A DNA stretch of 33,175 bases from a virus (lineage: Duplodnaviria; Caudoviricetes), in IMG/VR virus record IMGVR_UViG_3300027746_000059, positions 1 to 33,175 of that record. One strand, written 5' to 3'. The translations under genes and the position numbers were made by a program. This document shows, one piece after another, positions 1-9,876 of this stretch; position 1 is the first letter of the stretch; every line of letters starts with the position of its first letter. Below the pieces are notes generated by a model, which worked only from the letters and a program-made list of their open reading frames with translations, had not been told where the DNA came from and searched no databases.

Positions 1-1473
1 CCTGATAGCGGAGCGTTTTTGCCTGCCTCATATGTATCGTCAATTCTTAAATCGTTAGCAAATAGAGTTTTTGACAATTATCAGAAAATAAATCTGATGA
101 TTAAAGAGTTTTTTATTCAAACCGCTAGTGTAGTTTATATACCTAGATGGGGCGACACTTATGGTATAACAAGAAATCCACCAGTTGGCTCTTCTGGCAA
201 TATAGTTTTAACAGGAACTACAGCAACTTTAATTCCTGTTGGCACTACTTTGCAAAGTGCTTCTGGCATTTCCTACACTACTCAAGCAGACACGACTATC
301 TCACTAAATACAGTGTCTATTGCTTCTATGTCCAGGACTGGAGCAACTGTTAGTGTAAATTTCTCATCTATTCATAATTTAGCTAGTGGTATTACTGTTT
401 CCATTACTGGTGCTACACCATCTAATTTTAATGCTACAAATGTCAGAATAACCGTTACTACTGCAAATCAATTTCAATTCACTCAAGCTGGAACTGCTGG
501 TTCGCCAACTGGAACTCTAATAGCACAATGGACTACTGCTGTTGCTCAAGTTAATTCTAATATACAAGGAGCTAATACTAATATTACCGCTGGCGGTGTT
601 CTTACTTTGTCTAGCCCTATTTCTGGTGCTGATAACAGTGCCTTTATAGACCTAAATGAAATTTCTGGTGGAACAGACCAAGAGAGTGCGGACTCTTATA
701 GAGCAAGAGTTTTATTTCGTATTCAATTCCCTTTTTCATTTTTTAATAAAAATGCTATTATTGGGCAAACAAAACAAATTGCAGGCGTTACTAGAGTTTG
801 GGTGTTTTCCCCTGATTCTACTTCTGCAGGGGTTTCTATTTCAAGCATAACTAGAAATGGGCAAATCGCCACTGCTATCTCTACTGCTCACGGACTTGTC
901 AGCGGAAATTATATCACTGTTTTTGGTGCTACACAATCTGAATATAATGTTGTAAGAAAGCAAGTCGTTGTTATTGATGCCAATACTTTTGCTTATGTTG
1001 TTAGTGGAAGCCCTGCTACACCTGCAACAGGCACCATCACCGCCTCTTATTCTTATGTTGAATTAGGGCAAGTTAGAGTATTATTTGCTCGTGATAACGA
1101 TACCTCAATTATTCCCTCTTCTACCGAAATTAATACTGTTAAAGATAAACTGCTAGAAATCAAACCAGCTCATATTGGTGATGGAGACATTATAGTTTCT
1201 GCACCCATTGCTATTCCAGTTAATATTACATTTTCTACTCTTAGCCCTAACACAACGGCTATGCAAACTGCCATTACAAATTCTTTAACTGATTTCTTTA
1301 AGATTTCTAACAATGTTGGGCAAAATATTACACTAGCTGATTTGAATGGATTAATTAGTAGAACTATAGATGGAAATGGTAATGTGCCTATTTACACATT
1401 ATCTTCGCCATCAGTAGATACTGCTATTGGTTTAAATAAAATTGGGACTTTGGGAGCGATAACCTATGCCTAA
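1..1473 (+). CDS. Baseplate J-like (Mu gp47 / P2 gpJ family) protein, 5'-truncated by the window, with two inserted beta-domains
   Basis: Frame is open from base 1. Baseplate-J motifs GGTDQESADSYRAR and GVTRVWV. Followed by a gp48-like gene and tail fibres. Confidence 0.88.
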   Translation, partial: PDSGAFLPASYVSSILKSLANRVFDNYQKINLMIKEFFIQTASVVYIPRWGDTYGITRNPPVGSSGNIVLTGTTATLIPVGTTLQSASGISYTTQADTTISLNTVSIASMSRTGATVSVNFSSIHNLASGITVSITGATPSNFNATNVRITVTTANQFQFTQAGTAGSPTGTLIAQWTTAVAQVNSNIQGANTNITAGGVLTLSSPISGADNSAFIDLNEISGGTDQESADSYRARVLFRIQFPFSFFNKNAIIGQTKQIAGVTRVWVFSPDSTSAGVSISSITRNGQIATAISTAHGLVSGNYITVFGATQSEYNVVRKQVVVIDANTFAYVVSGSPATPATGTITASYSYVELGQVRVLFARDNDTSIIPSSTEINTVKDKLLEIKPAHIGDGDIIVSAPIAIPVNITFSTLSPNTTAMQTAITNSLTDFFKISNNVGQNITLADLNGLISRTIDGNGNVPIYTLSSPSVDTAIGLNKIGTLGAITYA

Positions 1474-2074
1474 TTTTCAAGCACATACAGTTAATGAACA
1501 CCAACAAGCATTAGGGCAATATTTCCTTAATGACCGTTTAGCTACGAATAAAAACATTATAGGATCAAACCTATATAAAATGTTTATGGGTTTAGCTGGT
1601 GAGTTCCAAAGGGTTGATGCTTTATTTCAAAGTGTTTGGGATGGAACTAACATCTTAACTACTCAAGATATTAATTATATCGAGTTATGGGAAGGTGCAG
1701 TTGGGATTCCTAATTCTTATTTTACTCAAACTACTTCTTTATCAATTGATGATAGAAAACAGCAGATTTTGATTCAATTAAAAAGTTTGGGAGTTTTAAC
1801 CGAGCAAGATTTTATAGATTTAGCGGCTCTTTTAGGATATACAATTACTATTCAGCAAGGTATTAACGCTCTATATCCTCCTTATTCAGTTCCACATCTG
1901 CCTTTGGGAAATGAAAAGGAAGCTAGATTTATAATGATAATTAATGGATTAGGAGGAACTTTAGAGGACTATCCCCCTTATGATGTGCCTCACTTTCCAC
2001 GCAATCCAGGCTCACAATTACAAACTTTATTTAATATTTTAAAACCTTCTAACATAATTATACTTTACGCATAA
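1466..2074 (+). CDS. Baseplate/tail protein, Mu gp48 / DUF2313-like
   Basis: ELWEGAVGIP, SIDDRKQQIL, FIDLAALLGYTITI and LKPSN patterns; overlaps the baseplate J stop. Confidence 0.8.
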   Translation: MPNFQAHTVNEHQQALGQYFLNDRLATNKNIIGSNLYKMFMGLAGEFQRVDALFQSVWDGTNILTTQDINYIELWEGAVGIPNSYFTQTTSLSIDDRKQQILIQLKSLGVLTEQDFIDLAALLGYTITIQQGINALYPPYSVPHLPLGNEKEARFIMIINGLGGTLEDYPPYDVPHFPRNPGSQLQTLFNILKPSNIIILYA

Positions 2075-2952
2075 TGGCAAACAAAACTAGCACATTTACA
2101 AATAATCTACCACCAGCAGTAGATGCTACTTGGTATAATATCAATCAAACAGAGATGAATAATCTTATCACTGGTAGTGGATTAACAGTTGATAATACTG
2201 GAGCAATCAATACTCAGCAACAACAATCAGCTTCCAGATTCGCCGCTAATAACTTCTACATAGACAGTGGAACGGCAGATGCTTATATTCTAACTCTAGC
2301 TGCTTCTTTTACCAATCCCGTAAGTGCTACAATAGCCTATTTTACTGGAATGACCATTAGATTCAGAGCTGGAAACGCAGGAACTGGTGGAGCGGCAATA
2401 GTGAATGTGAACGGAGCTGGTGTAAAAAGCCTTAAAGAAGCTGATGGAACTACTAATCCAATATCTATCCCGACCACAGAAGATACTGAATGGAGATATG
2501 ATGGCACTGTATTTAGGAAAGTTATTTTTTCAACAATAGGATTCCGAGCTACCTTATCTGCTAATCAAGTTCTTGGAACAGGCATTCAAACTAAAATTAA
2601 CTTAAATACAACATCTTATAACTATGGTTCATATTTTAATACATCCACCAGTAGGTTCACTCCATTAGTAGCAGGTAAGTATCTTTTTGGATTTGGTGCT
2701 GAAGGTAAAGACGCTGGGGTTAGTGCTCAAGGTTTATTTGTCTTTCTTTTCTTAAATGGATCAACAACTAAAGAAATTAATGTGCCATATTACGATAATG
2801 GTAATGCTAAAATTGGCAATACCTTTGTTGTGCCTATGAATGGTTCAACTGATTACATAGAACTATATGCTACAATATCAGGAACAGGTGCAACTACTAT
2901 TGGCGGCGGAACTAACGATACTTACTTGTGGGGAATTAGAATATCAGCTTAA
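2074..2952 (+). CDS. Tail fibre / receptor-binding protein with C-terminal C1q-like domain
   Basis: DSGTADAYILT...YFTGMTIRFRA fibre segment; C1q-like FRAT...FNTSTSRFTPLVAGKYLF...DYIELY...LWG; position after the baseplate genes. Confidence 0.75.
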   Translation: MANKTSTFTNNLPPAVDATWYNINQTEMNNLITGSGLTVDNTGAINTQQQQSASRFAANNFYIDSGTADAYILTLAASFTNPVSATIAYFTGMTIRFRAGNAGTGGAAIVNVNGAGVKSLKEADGTTNPISIPTTEDTEWRYDGTVFRKVIFSTIGFRATLSANQVLGTGIQTKINLNTTSYNYGSYFNTSTSRFTPLVAGKYLFGFGAEGKDAGVSAQGLFVFLFLNGSTTKEINVPYYDNGNAKIGNTFVVPMNGSTDYIELYATISGTGATTIGGGTNDTYLWGIRISA

Positions 2953-2967
2953 TTTTAAATCAAATAT

Positions 2968-3558
2968 ATGGAACACTTAATACAACAATTTTTAAAACAG
3001 AATAATCTTACTGGCATTAATGGAGTCAACTATTCTCTACGAGATGATGGCGAAGGAGTTTATATTGACAAATGGAATTATAAAATTCCTAAACCAACAT
3101 TTACCCAATCAGATTTTGATAAGGCGGATCTACAAAAAGCTAAAACCTCTAAAATCACCCAACTAAAACTTAATAGGGATAATGCTAATATAAAAGATAT
3201 GGTTTGCCATCAAGCATTTGAACTCAAACAAATTGGGCGATATGAGTTCGTGGAGACTACAAATCTAGTTTATTTTGCGTTTAAAACTACAGATACTGGG
3301 CAACCAGCCACTCAACCAGATACTATTGTTCAAAATGCTATTGCCTTTGATCAGCCAATGCGATATAGTTGTAAAATTATTGAAGGCGATCAAATTAGAA
3401 AAGGTTATGTATCTTTTGATAGGTTAGTGGCAATTAGCATAAAAGACCACTGGGTTCTTAGAAATACTGACAATATTACAAAGTGTAATAATATTGAAAT
3501 AGACATTGACGCCTGCACTACCCTAGAGGAACTTAACGCAATTAACATAGAATTCTAA
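2968..3558 (+). CDS. Tail fibre assembly chaperone-like protein (XkdW-like N-terminus, DUF4376-like C-terminus)
   Basis: YSLRDDGEGVYIDKWN..PKPT N-terminus and IDACTTLEELNAI C-terminus; directly follows a fibre gene. Confidence 0.6.
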   Translation: MEHLIQQFLKQNNLTGINGVNYSLRDDGEGVYIDKWNYKIPKPTFTQSDFDKADLQKAKTSKITQLKLNRDNANIKDMVCHQAFELKQIGRYEFVETTNLVYFAFKTTDTGQPATQPDTIVQNAIAFDQPMRYSCKIIEGDQIRKGYVSFDRLVAISIKDHWVLRNTDNITKCNNIEIDIDACTTLEELNAINIEF

Positions 3559-3920
3559 TGGCAGATAATATTGCTATCTACAACGCAAATGTTAAACAAG
3601 GGGCAACTTTCAACCAGGTTATAACTTGGTTTGGTTCAAATGGTGTTGCAACAAATCTAACTGGCGCTACTGCCATAATGAAAGTTAAAACTTCTAAATG
3701 TGATGAGGATTGTGTTCAAGAGATTACGGAACTTACCACCGAGAATAATAGAATTACTTTAGGTGGGGCTTTAGGAACTATCACTTTACTAATCACTGCC
3801 GCTGATACCCTTACGCTTCCTGTTGGGCAATACTATTATGATTTATACATAAATTTTGGAGCTACTAGCTATTGTAAATTGAAAGGCACTTTCACTGTGG
3901 AGGGTAGTATTTCTAAATGA
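3558..3920 (+). CDS. Tail/baseplate-associated adaptor protein (BppU-N-like)
   Basis: QGATF...NLTGATAIMKVK...GTITLLITAADT...YYYDL pattern common upstream of phage fibre genes. Confidence 0.55.
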   Translation: MADNIAIYNANVKQGATFNQVITWFGSNGVATNLTGATAIMKVKTSKCDEDCVQEITELTTENNRITLGGALGTITLLITAADTLTLPVGQYYYDLYINFGATSYCKLKGTFTVEGSISK

Positions 3921-6433
3921 CTATCCAAATAATAGAAGTCAGGGATAAAATTATTATCAATGAAGAGAATAATACTATCCAAATCATAGAGCAACCAAAC
4001 AAGATTGTTATTAGTGATGTTGGAGTTCAAGGACCAAAAGGCGATTCTGGGACTGGCATAGCTTCTATTAATGGATTAACAAACTTAAATCAATCCATAG
4101 TAATTGGAGCTTCAGAAAATGATATTAATATTGTTTCTGCTACAAATACTCACACAATTAATATTCCAACTGCCTCTGCAACTAAACGAGGGGCTTTATC
4201 TTCTGCAAATTGGCAGACTTTTAATTCTAAACAAAACGCTTTAGGTTTTACTCCCGAAGATGTTACAAATAAAGAAAATACAACTCTTGATACCTCAACA
4301 ACAAAATATCCAACAAATAATCTAGTTAAGACCAAAATTGATTTAAAAGTTGACAAAGAAGCTGGAAAAAGTTTATCTACAAACGATTACACTAATTTAG
4401 AAAAAAGCAAACTTGCTGGGATTCAAAATGGGGCAACTCAAAACCAAACAGATGCCTATTTGTTGGATAGAACTAATCACACAGGAGCACAAGCGATAAG
4501 CACTGTTAGCGGATTACAAACTGCACTAGATGATAAAGTTGATAAAATAGGAATTATTGGTGCTTCTTTAGGTTCTGTTTCAAAAACGCTTTTTATTATA
4601 TATAACGCTCAAGGGCAAATTACCTTTGTTAGTGAACAAAACATTCAAATTGCACAATCCCAAGTTAACAATCTTACAACTGATTTAAGCACTAAATTAA
4701 ATAATGCTTTGCTTGATGGTAAAATCTTTGTTGGAAACGCTTTAAATGTAGCTACTCCAGTTGCAATGTCTGGCGATGTAACAATTTTAAATACAGGAGT
4801 TGCTACAATTGGTAATTTGAAAGTTACCAACGCAATGCTTCAAGGAAGTATTGATAATTCTAAACTATTAAACAATTATATTACTATTAATGGTTCCCCT
4901 ATTGCTCTTGGTGGCACTGTTTCGATAACAAACTACACAGCAGGAAGTGGTCTTGTTTTAGTTGGCAACCAATTTTCTGTTCCAGCTGATGGGATTACTC
5001 CTAACCAAATTGCTAAAATCAAAGCGAATAGTGCTTTGGCAAATTTAAACAATATTACTGATAATGCGATTGCTACTGATGTAGTTGATGTTGTTGGTAG
5101 TGGCGTTATAACTGTAGTAAATGGAGCAAAATCTGTTTTTGGAATTGCAGGTAATAATTTGACAATAAGTATTCCGTCAGCAACAAACAGCGTTAGTGGT
5201 TATTTATCATCTACAGATAGAACTCTATTTAATAGTAAATTTGGCGACCAAGCTAATCAATTTACTGCATTAACAGCAAAATCTACTCTTGTTGATAATG
5301 ATGTTTTGGTTGTAGAAGATAGTGCGGCGGCTGCTTACACTAAGAAAAAAACATTATTGTCTGATGTGTGGACATATACATCCACTAAATCAGGAACATT
5401 CACCAACAAAACCCTTTCTGATTCAACAACATTTTTTGGCAATGTTTCAGATGTAAGTAAAAAATTAATCTTTAGTCTTGGTGGAGCGGTAACCGCTAAA
5501 ACATTGACGATAGCCTCAACACATACATTAGATAGAACAATCACACTTCCAGATGCAACTGACACTTTAGTTGGTAGAGATACAACTGACACTCTTACAA
5601 ATAAATCAATATCGGCATCACAAATAAATTCTGGCGTTTTATCATCTGCACAGATTCCTCAAACGCTTTCGGCTGGCACTTACACAGTTACCTCTGGTGC
5701 ATTTGTTGTGCAAGGAATTCAAGCTGGAGTTACCACAACCAATCCGTTCGGATATTTTAAATACAACGCATACGGAACATTTTCACCAGGAGTTGGTAGT
5801 ATTGGGATAAATGCAACAAACAGGATATACACACAATATGAATTTGTTGTTGCGTCTGACGAAAGAATTAAAAATATAATTAACAAAAGTGATTCTAAAG
5901 CTGATTTGGAGATTTTAAAACAAATTCAAATTACTGACTACCAATACAAAGATAAGCTTCGTTACGGTGATAAAATTCATAAAAAAGTAATTGCCCAACA
6001 GATTCAACCAATATTCCCACAAGCAGTTAGCACCACTACAGGGTTTTTGCCAGACATAATGAAAATAGCGAGCGTCTCTGACCACAACAGAATTAATCTT
6101 AGCAACACTAATCTAGTTGCTGGTGATTTTGTTCGTCTCGTTATGAAAAACCATAAAGAAGTAGATCTGCAAGTTGTTGCAGTAAAAGAAGTAGATGTGC
6201 AAGTTGTTGCAGTAAAAGAAAAGTATTTTGAGGTAAAGTCTTCTTTGGAGGATCAAATACAGTTTTCTTTAGAGGATCAAGAGGTATTTGTTTATGGCAA
6301 AAGAGTGGATGATTTTCATATTGTAGATTATGATAAATTAATTACGCTTGCAATTTCTACTATTCAAGAATTACATTCTAATATCCAAGAATTAGATGCT
6401 AAATTAAATAATTTTATTAACTCTAAAAATTAA
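3917..6433 (+). CDS. Long tail fibre with C-terminal peptidase S74 intramolecular chaperone
   Basis: GVQGPKGD collagen-like motif; GKSLSTNDYT and RTNHTGAQ fibre repeats; SDERIKNI autocleavage motif, IAQQI, VDYDKL and a terminal coiled coil. Confidence 0.88.
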   Translation: MTIQIIEVRDKIIINEENNTIQIIEQPNKIVISDVGVQGPKGDSGTGIASINGLTNLNQSIVIGASENDINIVSATNTHTINIPTASATKRGALSSANWQTFNSKQNALGFTPEDVTNKENTTLDTSTTKYPTNNLVKTKIDLKVDKEAGKSLSTNDYTNLEKSKLAGIQNGATQNQTDAYLLDRTNHTGAQAISTVSGLQTALDDKVDKIGIIGASLGSVSKTLFIIYNAQGQITFVSEQNIQIAQSQVNNLTTDLSTKLNNALLDGKIFVGNALNVATPVAMSGDVTILNTGVATIGNLKVTNAMLQGSIDNSKLLNNYITINGSPIALGGTVSITNYTAGSGLVLVGNQFSVPADGITPNQIAKIKANSALANLNNITDNAIATDVVDVVGSGVITVVNGAKSVFGIAGNNLTISIPSATNSVSGYLSSTDRTLFNSKFGDQANQFTALTAKSTLVDNDVLVVEDSAAAAYTKKKTLLSDVWTYTSTKSGTFTNKTLSDSTTFFGNVSDVSKKLIFSLGGAVTAKTLTIASTHTLDRTITLPDATDTLVGRDTTDTLTNKSISASQINSGVLSSAQIPQTLSAGTYTVTSGAFVVQGIQAGVTTTNPFGYFKYNAYGTFSPGVGSIGINATNRIYTQYEFVVASDERIKNIINKSDSKADLEILKQIQITDYQYKDKLRYGDKIHKKVIAQQIQPIFPQAVSTTTGFLPDIMKIASVSDHNRINLSNTNLVAGDFVRLVMKNHKEVDLQVVAVKEVDVQVVAVKEKYFEVKSSLEDQIQFSLEDQEVFVYGKRVDDFHIVDYDKLITLAISTIQELHSNIQELDAKLNNFINSKN
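6155..6280 (+). repeat. In-frame tandem duplications (2x30 nt; 15-nt repeat at 24-nt spacing)
   Basis: aaagaagtagat(c/g)tgcaagttgttgcagta at 6155 and 6185; tcttt(g/a)gaggatcaa at 6242 and 6266. Confidence 0.9.
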
Positions 6434-6440
6434 CAACGAT

Positions 6441-7274
6441 ATGAATTTTAATGACCTAATAACTAAATTTTATGATGAAAATTTACACAATTTTAATAAC
6501 AGAGATGATTTTATTGCAAAAGGAATTGATATTTTAAATTCTATTGTGGTTGAAGATGCTAATTTTGTTATTAATGAGGCTTTTATACCTATTTTAAAAA
6601 AACATTTTTACAAAAATCAAGACGCATTTACTGGGGATATTCCCTCAGTAATGAAAAGAGACAACCTGTATTCTGTTAGATATAAAGAGAATTATGGCTC
6701 TGAATTAGAAGACAACACAATATCTCTCAACAATAGCATAACAATAGATTATTCTTTTATTTTGTTTAAATTCGTGGAAGCTGGTTTATTAGGAGATATT
6801 ATTCAATATAAAGATTCGGAATTTGATTTAAAGGATAAAAAACAAGAGCTTATAGAAAAGGTTAATATTTTTTATAACACCACTGCAACTTTTATGATAA
6901 TTAAAAATGGGGCAGCACAGCCAATCACTGCGAATCAAAGTTTTACAGATAAACTTAATGATATGGTAGATATGGCTACTCATCGACCAGATAATATTTA
7001 TCCTTATAAAGTTGTCAATCCTGATAGCGAATCTGTCACATATTCAGTGATTAAAATTAGCCTAGACGCCCTAAAGAACATTATTTTTTTGATTGCAAAA
7101 AGGAAGGGTTATTGTTGTTTTTGCCGTGATCATCACATTACAATCATCAACACTATTGATAATATCAAAGATGTTCAGCGTTATAATTATTTTAATGATT
7201 ATGATGGAAAAACTTATCAACCAACAGAGGTGATAACGCTAGACAACGATGGAAATTTACTAAATAACGTGTAA
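6441..7274 (+). CDS. Hypothetical protein, possible fibre-associated chaperone
   Basis: 277-aa ORF right after the fibre gene; the C-terminus loosely resembles DUF4376-type chaperones. Confidence 0.45.
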   Translation: MNFNDLITKFYDENLHNFNNRDDFIAKGIDILNSIVVEDANFVINEAFIPILKKHFYKNQDAFTGDIPSVMKRDNLYSVRYKENYGSELEDNTISLNNSITIDYSFILFKFVEAGLLGDIIQYKDSEFDLKDKKQELIEKVNIFYNTTATFMIIKNGAAQPITANQSFTDKLNDMVDMATHRPDNIYPYKVVNPDSESVTYSVIKISLDALKNIIFLIAKRKGYCCFCRDHHITIINTIDNIKDVQRYNYFNDYDGKTYQPTEVITLDNDGNLLNNV

Positions 7275-7372
7275 TTTAGCTTAATATTACCTTTTAATTG
7301 ACATTTAGCATAACTCATTATTAACTACTTAGCATTTAATTTTTTTTAACAAAATTTAAAGATTTATAAAAA

Positions 7373-7903
7373 ATGACAATAAAAATTCAAACAATCCTTT
7401 GTTCTACACCATTACAGCCATTAAGTCTAGCTTCGTATTTAAACTTAGGGATTAGGCTAATGACTAACAGTAAATTTGATCACGCTTTAGGTCTAGTTAA
7501 GCTAGATGATGAATATTGTGTTATAAATTGCACAAACAAAGGAGTGTCTCTTGAGCATCTAAAAGTTTATTTAGAGCATACTAAAAAAAGAAAAAGAACT
7601 CATTTTCTAGTTATTGACGAAGAGGGATTTGATACAAAAATTCCACCTGCAACTTTTGGCTTAAAATATGATTTTGGCACTTTTTGGAGAATCCCTTTAT
7701 TTCTCTTTGCAAAAAGATTTTTTGGTAGTAAATCAAAAATAACTCAAAAACTATCTTTCATTGATAATGAGAATGCTTGGTATTGTTTTGAATATGCAGC
7801 AGAGACTAGAAAAATGGCAAATAGCCATTTGATCACAGGTTATGATTTTGAAAAAACTACATCCACTTGCGAGATAGATTTAGAGGCATTATTAGATAAA
7901 TAA
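7373..7903 (+). CDS. Permuted papain-like amidase (YiiX/YebB, peptidase C92, permuted NlpC/P60)
   Basis: His-before-Cys order: SKFDHAL...GLKYDF...WYCFEYAA. Confidence 0.7.
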   Translation: MTIKIQTILCSTPLQPLSLASYLNLGIRLMTNSKFDHALGLVKLDDEYCVINCTNKGVSLEHLKVYLEHTKKRKRTHFLVIDEEGFDTKIPPATFGLKYDFGTFWRIPLFLFAKRFFGSKSKITQKLSFIDNENAWYCFEYAAETRKMANSHLITGYDFEKTTSTCEIDLEALLDK

Positions 7904-7920
7904 CCTATCAAATTATAAAA

Positions 7921-8661
7921 ATGTTGGCAGCCATAAAAATAATTTTAGATATTATATCTACTTGCTTAAAGCTAAAACCTTTTTTTTCTGCTTGCAAAAA
8001 GAATGTCTTTTTTTCACCAAAAATTTTTATTTGTATTTGCATTATTATTGCAATATTTATCTACAATATTAATTGGTTTAATGATTTTAACAATAAGGCT
8101 CCAGCTAAATATGCTAAAAAAACAGCTGACATAAAAAAAATTGTTGATAGTGAATTGATGAAGTGCAGCAATGGTAAGGCAAAAGGCAATGGTAGGGCAA
8201 TAAGTGTGAGCGTGGTTGAACAAAACGATAAACTTTACTATTCTCACAAAGGAACATTTATTGTTGCAATGGCGATGGATACCAAATTATCTTCAGAGCC
8301 TATAAATTTATTAACTATAAGGTCTTCGTTTTACAATGAGACATTAAATATTGATAATAATTCTTATCAAGAACTACTAAACAGCGTTGATAAAACAAGT
8401 TATTATCCTCTTAGGGAGGGCGATGATCAGAATTTTTCTAATTTAAAGATTTTTCCTTCAATTTACGAAATCCTAGATAAAACTGAGTGGTCAAAATTAG
8501 AAAAGTTAGAACAACTACACATCAGAAGCACTGTTGGTCATACCATATTTGGTAAGAAAATTGTATATATTACGACACTCATTACCACGACTGATTCTGA
8601 GCCGTGCAATGTTATCCCTGACCAAATGCTTACTTCAATAATCAATGTAATTAAAGAATGA
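7921..8661 (+). CDS. Single-TM membrane protein with large C-terminal extracytoplasmic domain
   Basis: Hydrophobic IFICICIIIAIFIY at about aa 35-48, followed by a soluble domain of about 190 aa. Confidence 0.55.
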   Translation: MLAAIKIILDIISTCLKLKPFFSACKKNVFFSPKIFICICIIIAIFIYNINWFNDFNNKAPAKYAKKTADIKKIVDSELMKCSNGKAKGNGRAISVSVVEQNDKLYYSHKGTFIVAMAMDTKLSSEPINLLTIRSSFYNETLNIDNNSYQELLNSVDKTSYYPLREGDDQNFSNLKIFPSIYEILDKTEWSKLEKLEQLHIRSTVGHTIFGKKIVYITTLITTTDSEPCNVIPDQMLTSIINVIKE

Positions 8662-8891
8662 CAGGTATATTCGTTTCTCACGCCCTTATGATTGTGACTT
8701 TGCTTTATCTCATATTGCATCTTGCAAATATGAATATAACAAAATCAGACAGACACAAAACTTTTTTCACAGGACAAATGAATAATATATTGGAGGAGCT
8801 AAAAAAACATCCTGACGGAGACACTATCATAATGAAGGCTCATTATAATCTTTCAACATCAATGGAAAAATATGATGCAAAATCTACTTAA
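8658..8891 (+). CDS. Small membrane protein
   Basis: N-terminal TM segment; ATGA overlap with the upstream stop. Confidence 0.5.
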   Translation: MTGIFVSHALMIVTLLYLILHLANMNITKSDRHKTFFTGQMNNILEELKKHPDGDTIIMKAHYNLSTSMEKYDAKST

Positions 8892-9438
8892 AATCACCTT
8901 TTTATTTCTCCTCCTCTCAGCACCTGCTTTTGCAAATCCAATTTTATCTATTGGCACAACATTGTCGCTCTTAAAAATTAACGATCCTGATTTTCAATAT
9001 ACCAGTAATCGTGACCAGTTGCAATTATCTAGTGTTAGTTTTGCCCTCAGTGAAAGGATTAATAAAAGCCCATTTATTGCCAGTATTTCAACTAATCGCT
9101 TTATCAACAGAAGCGTTGACAGAGAGGTTGTTAGCAAAAAGAATGGCGTTGTCTTTACTAACAAAACCAAGACTAAGGCAGACACTCTCACGATTGGTTA
9201 TCAAATAGGTCGTTATATTCCTAATATTGGCTTGACTAATGTTGAGGTTGAAAAATCTTTATATTATGCTGGCAAATTTTTAAAGAAAAAACAACAAACA
9301 GCGTTAATTCCATCAATAGGCTTGACTTTTATTGCCAACAAGGATATTTCAATTAATAGCACCATTATAGCACCTAACAAAGAGTTAAACCTTGATGCTG
9401 GTGTTGTTTTTGGGGTTAATTATAACTTCAAGCTATGA
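8872..9438 (+). CDS. Outer-membrane beta-barrel protein (small 8-strand type)
   Basis: Sec signal ending AFA; alternating amphipathic strands; C-terminal beta-signal-like FGVNYNF. Confidence 0.65.
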   Translation: MMQNLLKITFLFLLLSAPAFANPILSIGTTLSLLKINDPDFQYTSNRDQLQLSSVSFALSERINKSPFIASISTNRFINRSVDREVVSKKNGVVFTNKTKTKADTLTIGYQIGRYIPNIGLTNVEVEKSLYYAGKFLKKKQQTALIPSIGLTFIANKDISINSTIIAPNKELNLDAGVVFGVNYNFKL

Positions 9439-9460
9439 AAAAATCAAAATTTAAATATTT

Positions 9461-9607
9461 ATGAAAAACAACGATTTAAAAATTATGATAATAACGACAA
9501 CAATATTCATAATTATAGCAGTCTGCTTTCAAAAAGCTTCAGATGCCTTAAAGAATCGCACTGAGCCATCACAAATTCACCAATTATTTAACCAATTCAG
9601 CAAATGA
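9461..9607 (+). CDS. Small membrane protein (48 aa, not in ORF track)
   Basis: MKNNDLKIMIITTTIFIIIAVCFQK...; stop overlaps the holin ATG (ATGA). Confidence 0.5.
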   Translation: MKNNDLKIMIITTTIFIIIAVCFQKASDALKNRTEPSQIHQLFNQFSK

Positions 9608-9876
9608 AAATATCAGAATTTTTACAAGATGAGCAAGGTGCTTTTTCGAGCAAAAGGTTTATATATACTGTAGCTTTTGTGATAGCAGAATGGTTGATGA
9701 TAAAAATAGTTTTAGCAATGATAGAAAAGGGCAGTTGCTGGACGGAGTTATTATATTTGCTAGCAGGCAATGGTGCATTTATATTGATTATGAGTGGCGT
9801 TATCACTGTTGAAAATATTAAACAAATGATAAATATTGCAAAAAACAACAAAAATGATACAATTCTTAAAGAATAA
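9604..9876 (+). CDS. Putative holin (2 TM)
   Basis: FSSKRF followed by two TM helices and a charged C-terminus; upstream of spanins and endolysin. Confidence 0.6.
   Translation: MKISEFLQDEQGAFSSKRFIYTVAFVIAEWLMIKIVLAMIEKGSCWTELLYLLAGNGAFILIMSGVITVENIKQMINIAKNNKNDTILKE

Noticed and set aside
1873-2000. YPPYDVP resembling an HA epitope tag
   Set aside because: It is a natural internal repeat (YPPYSVPH/YPPYDVPH) of the gp48-like protein, with no other sign of engineering.
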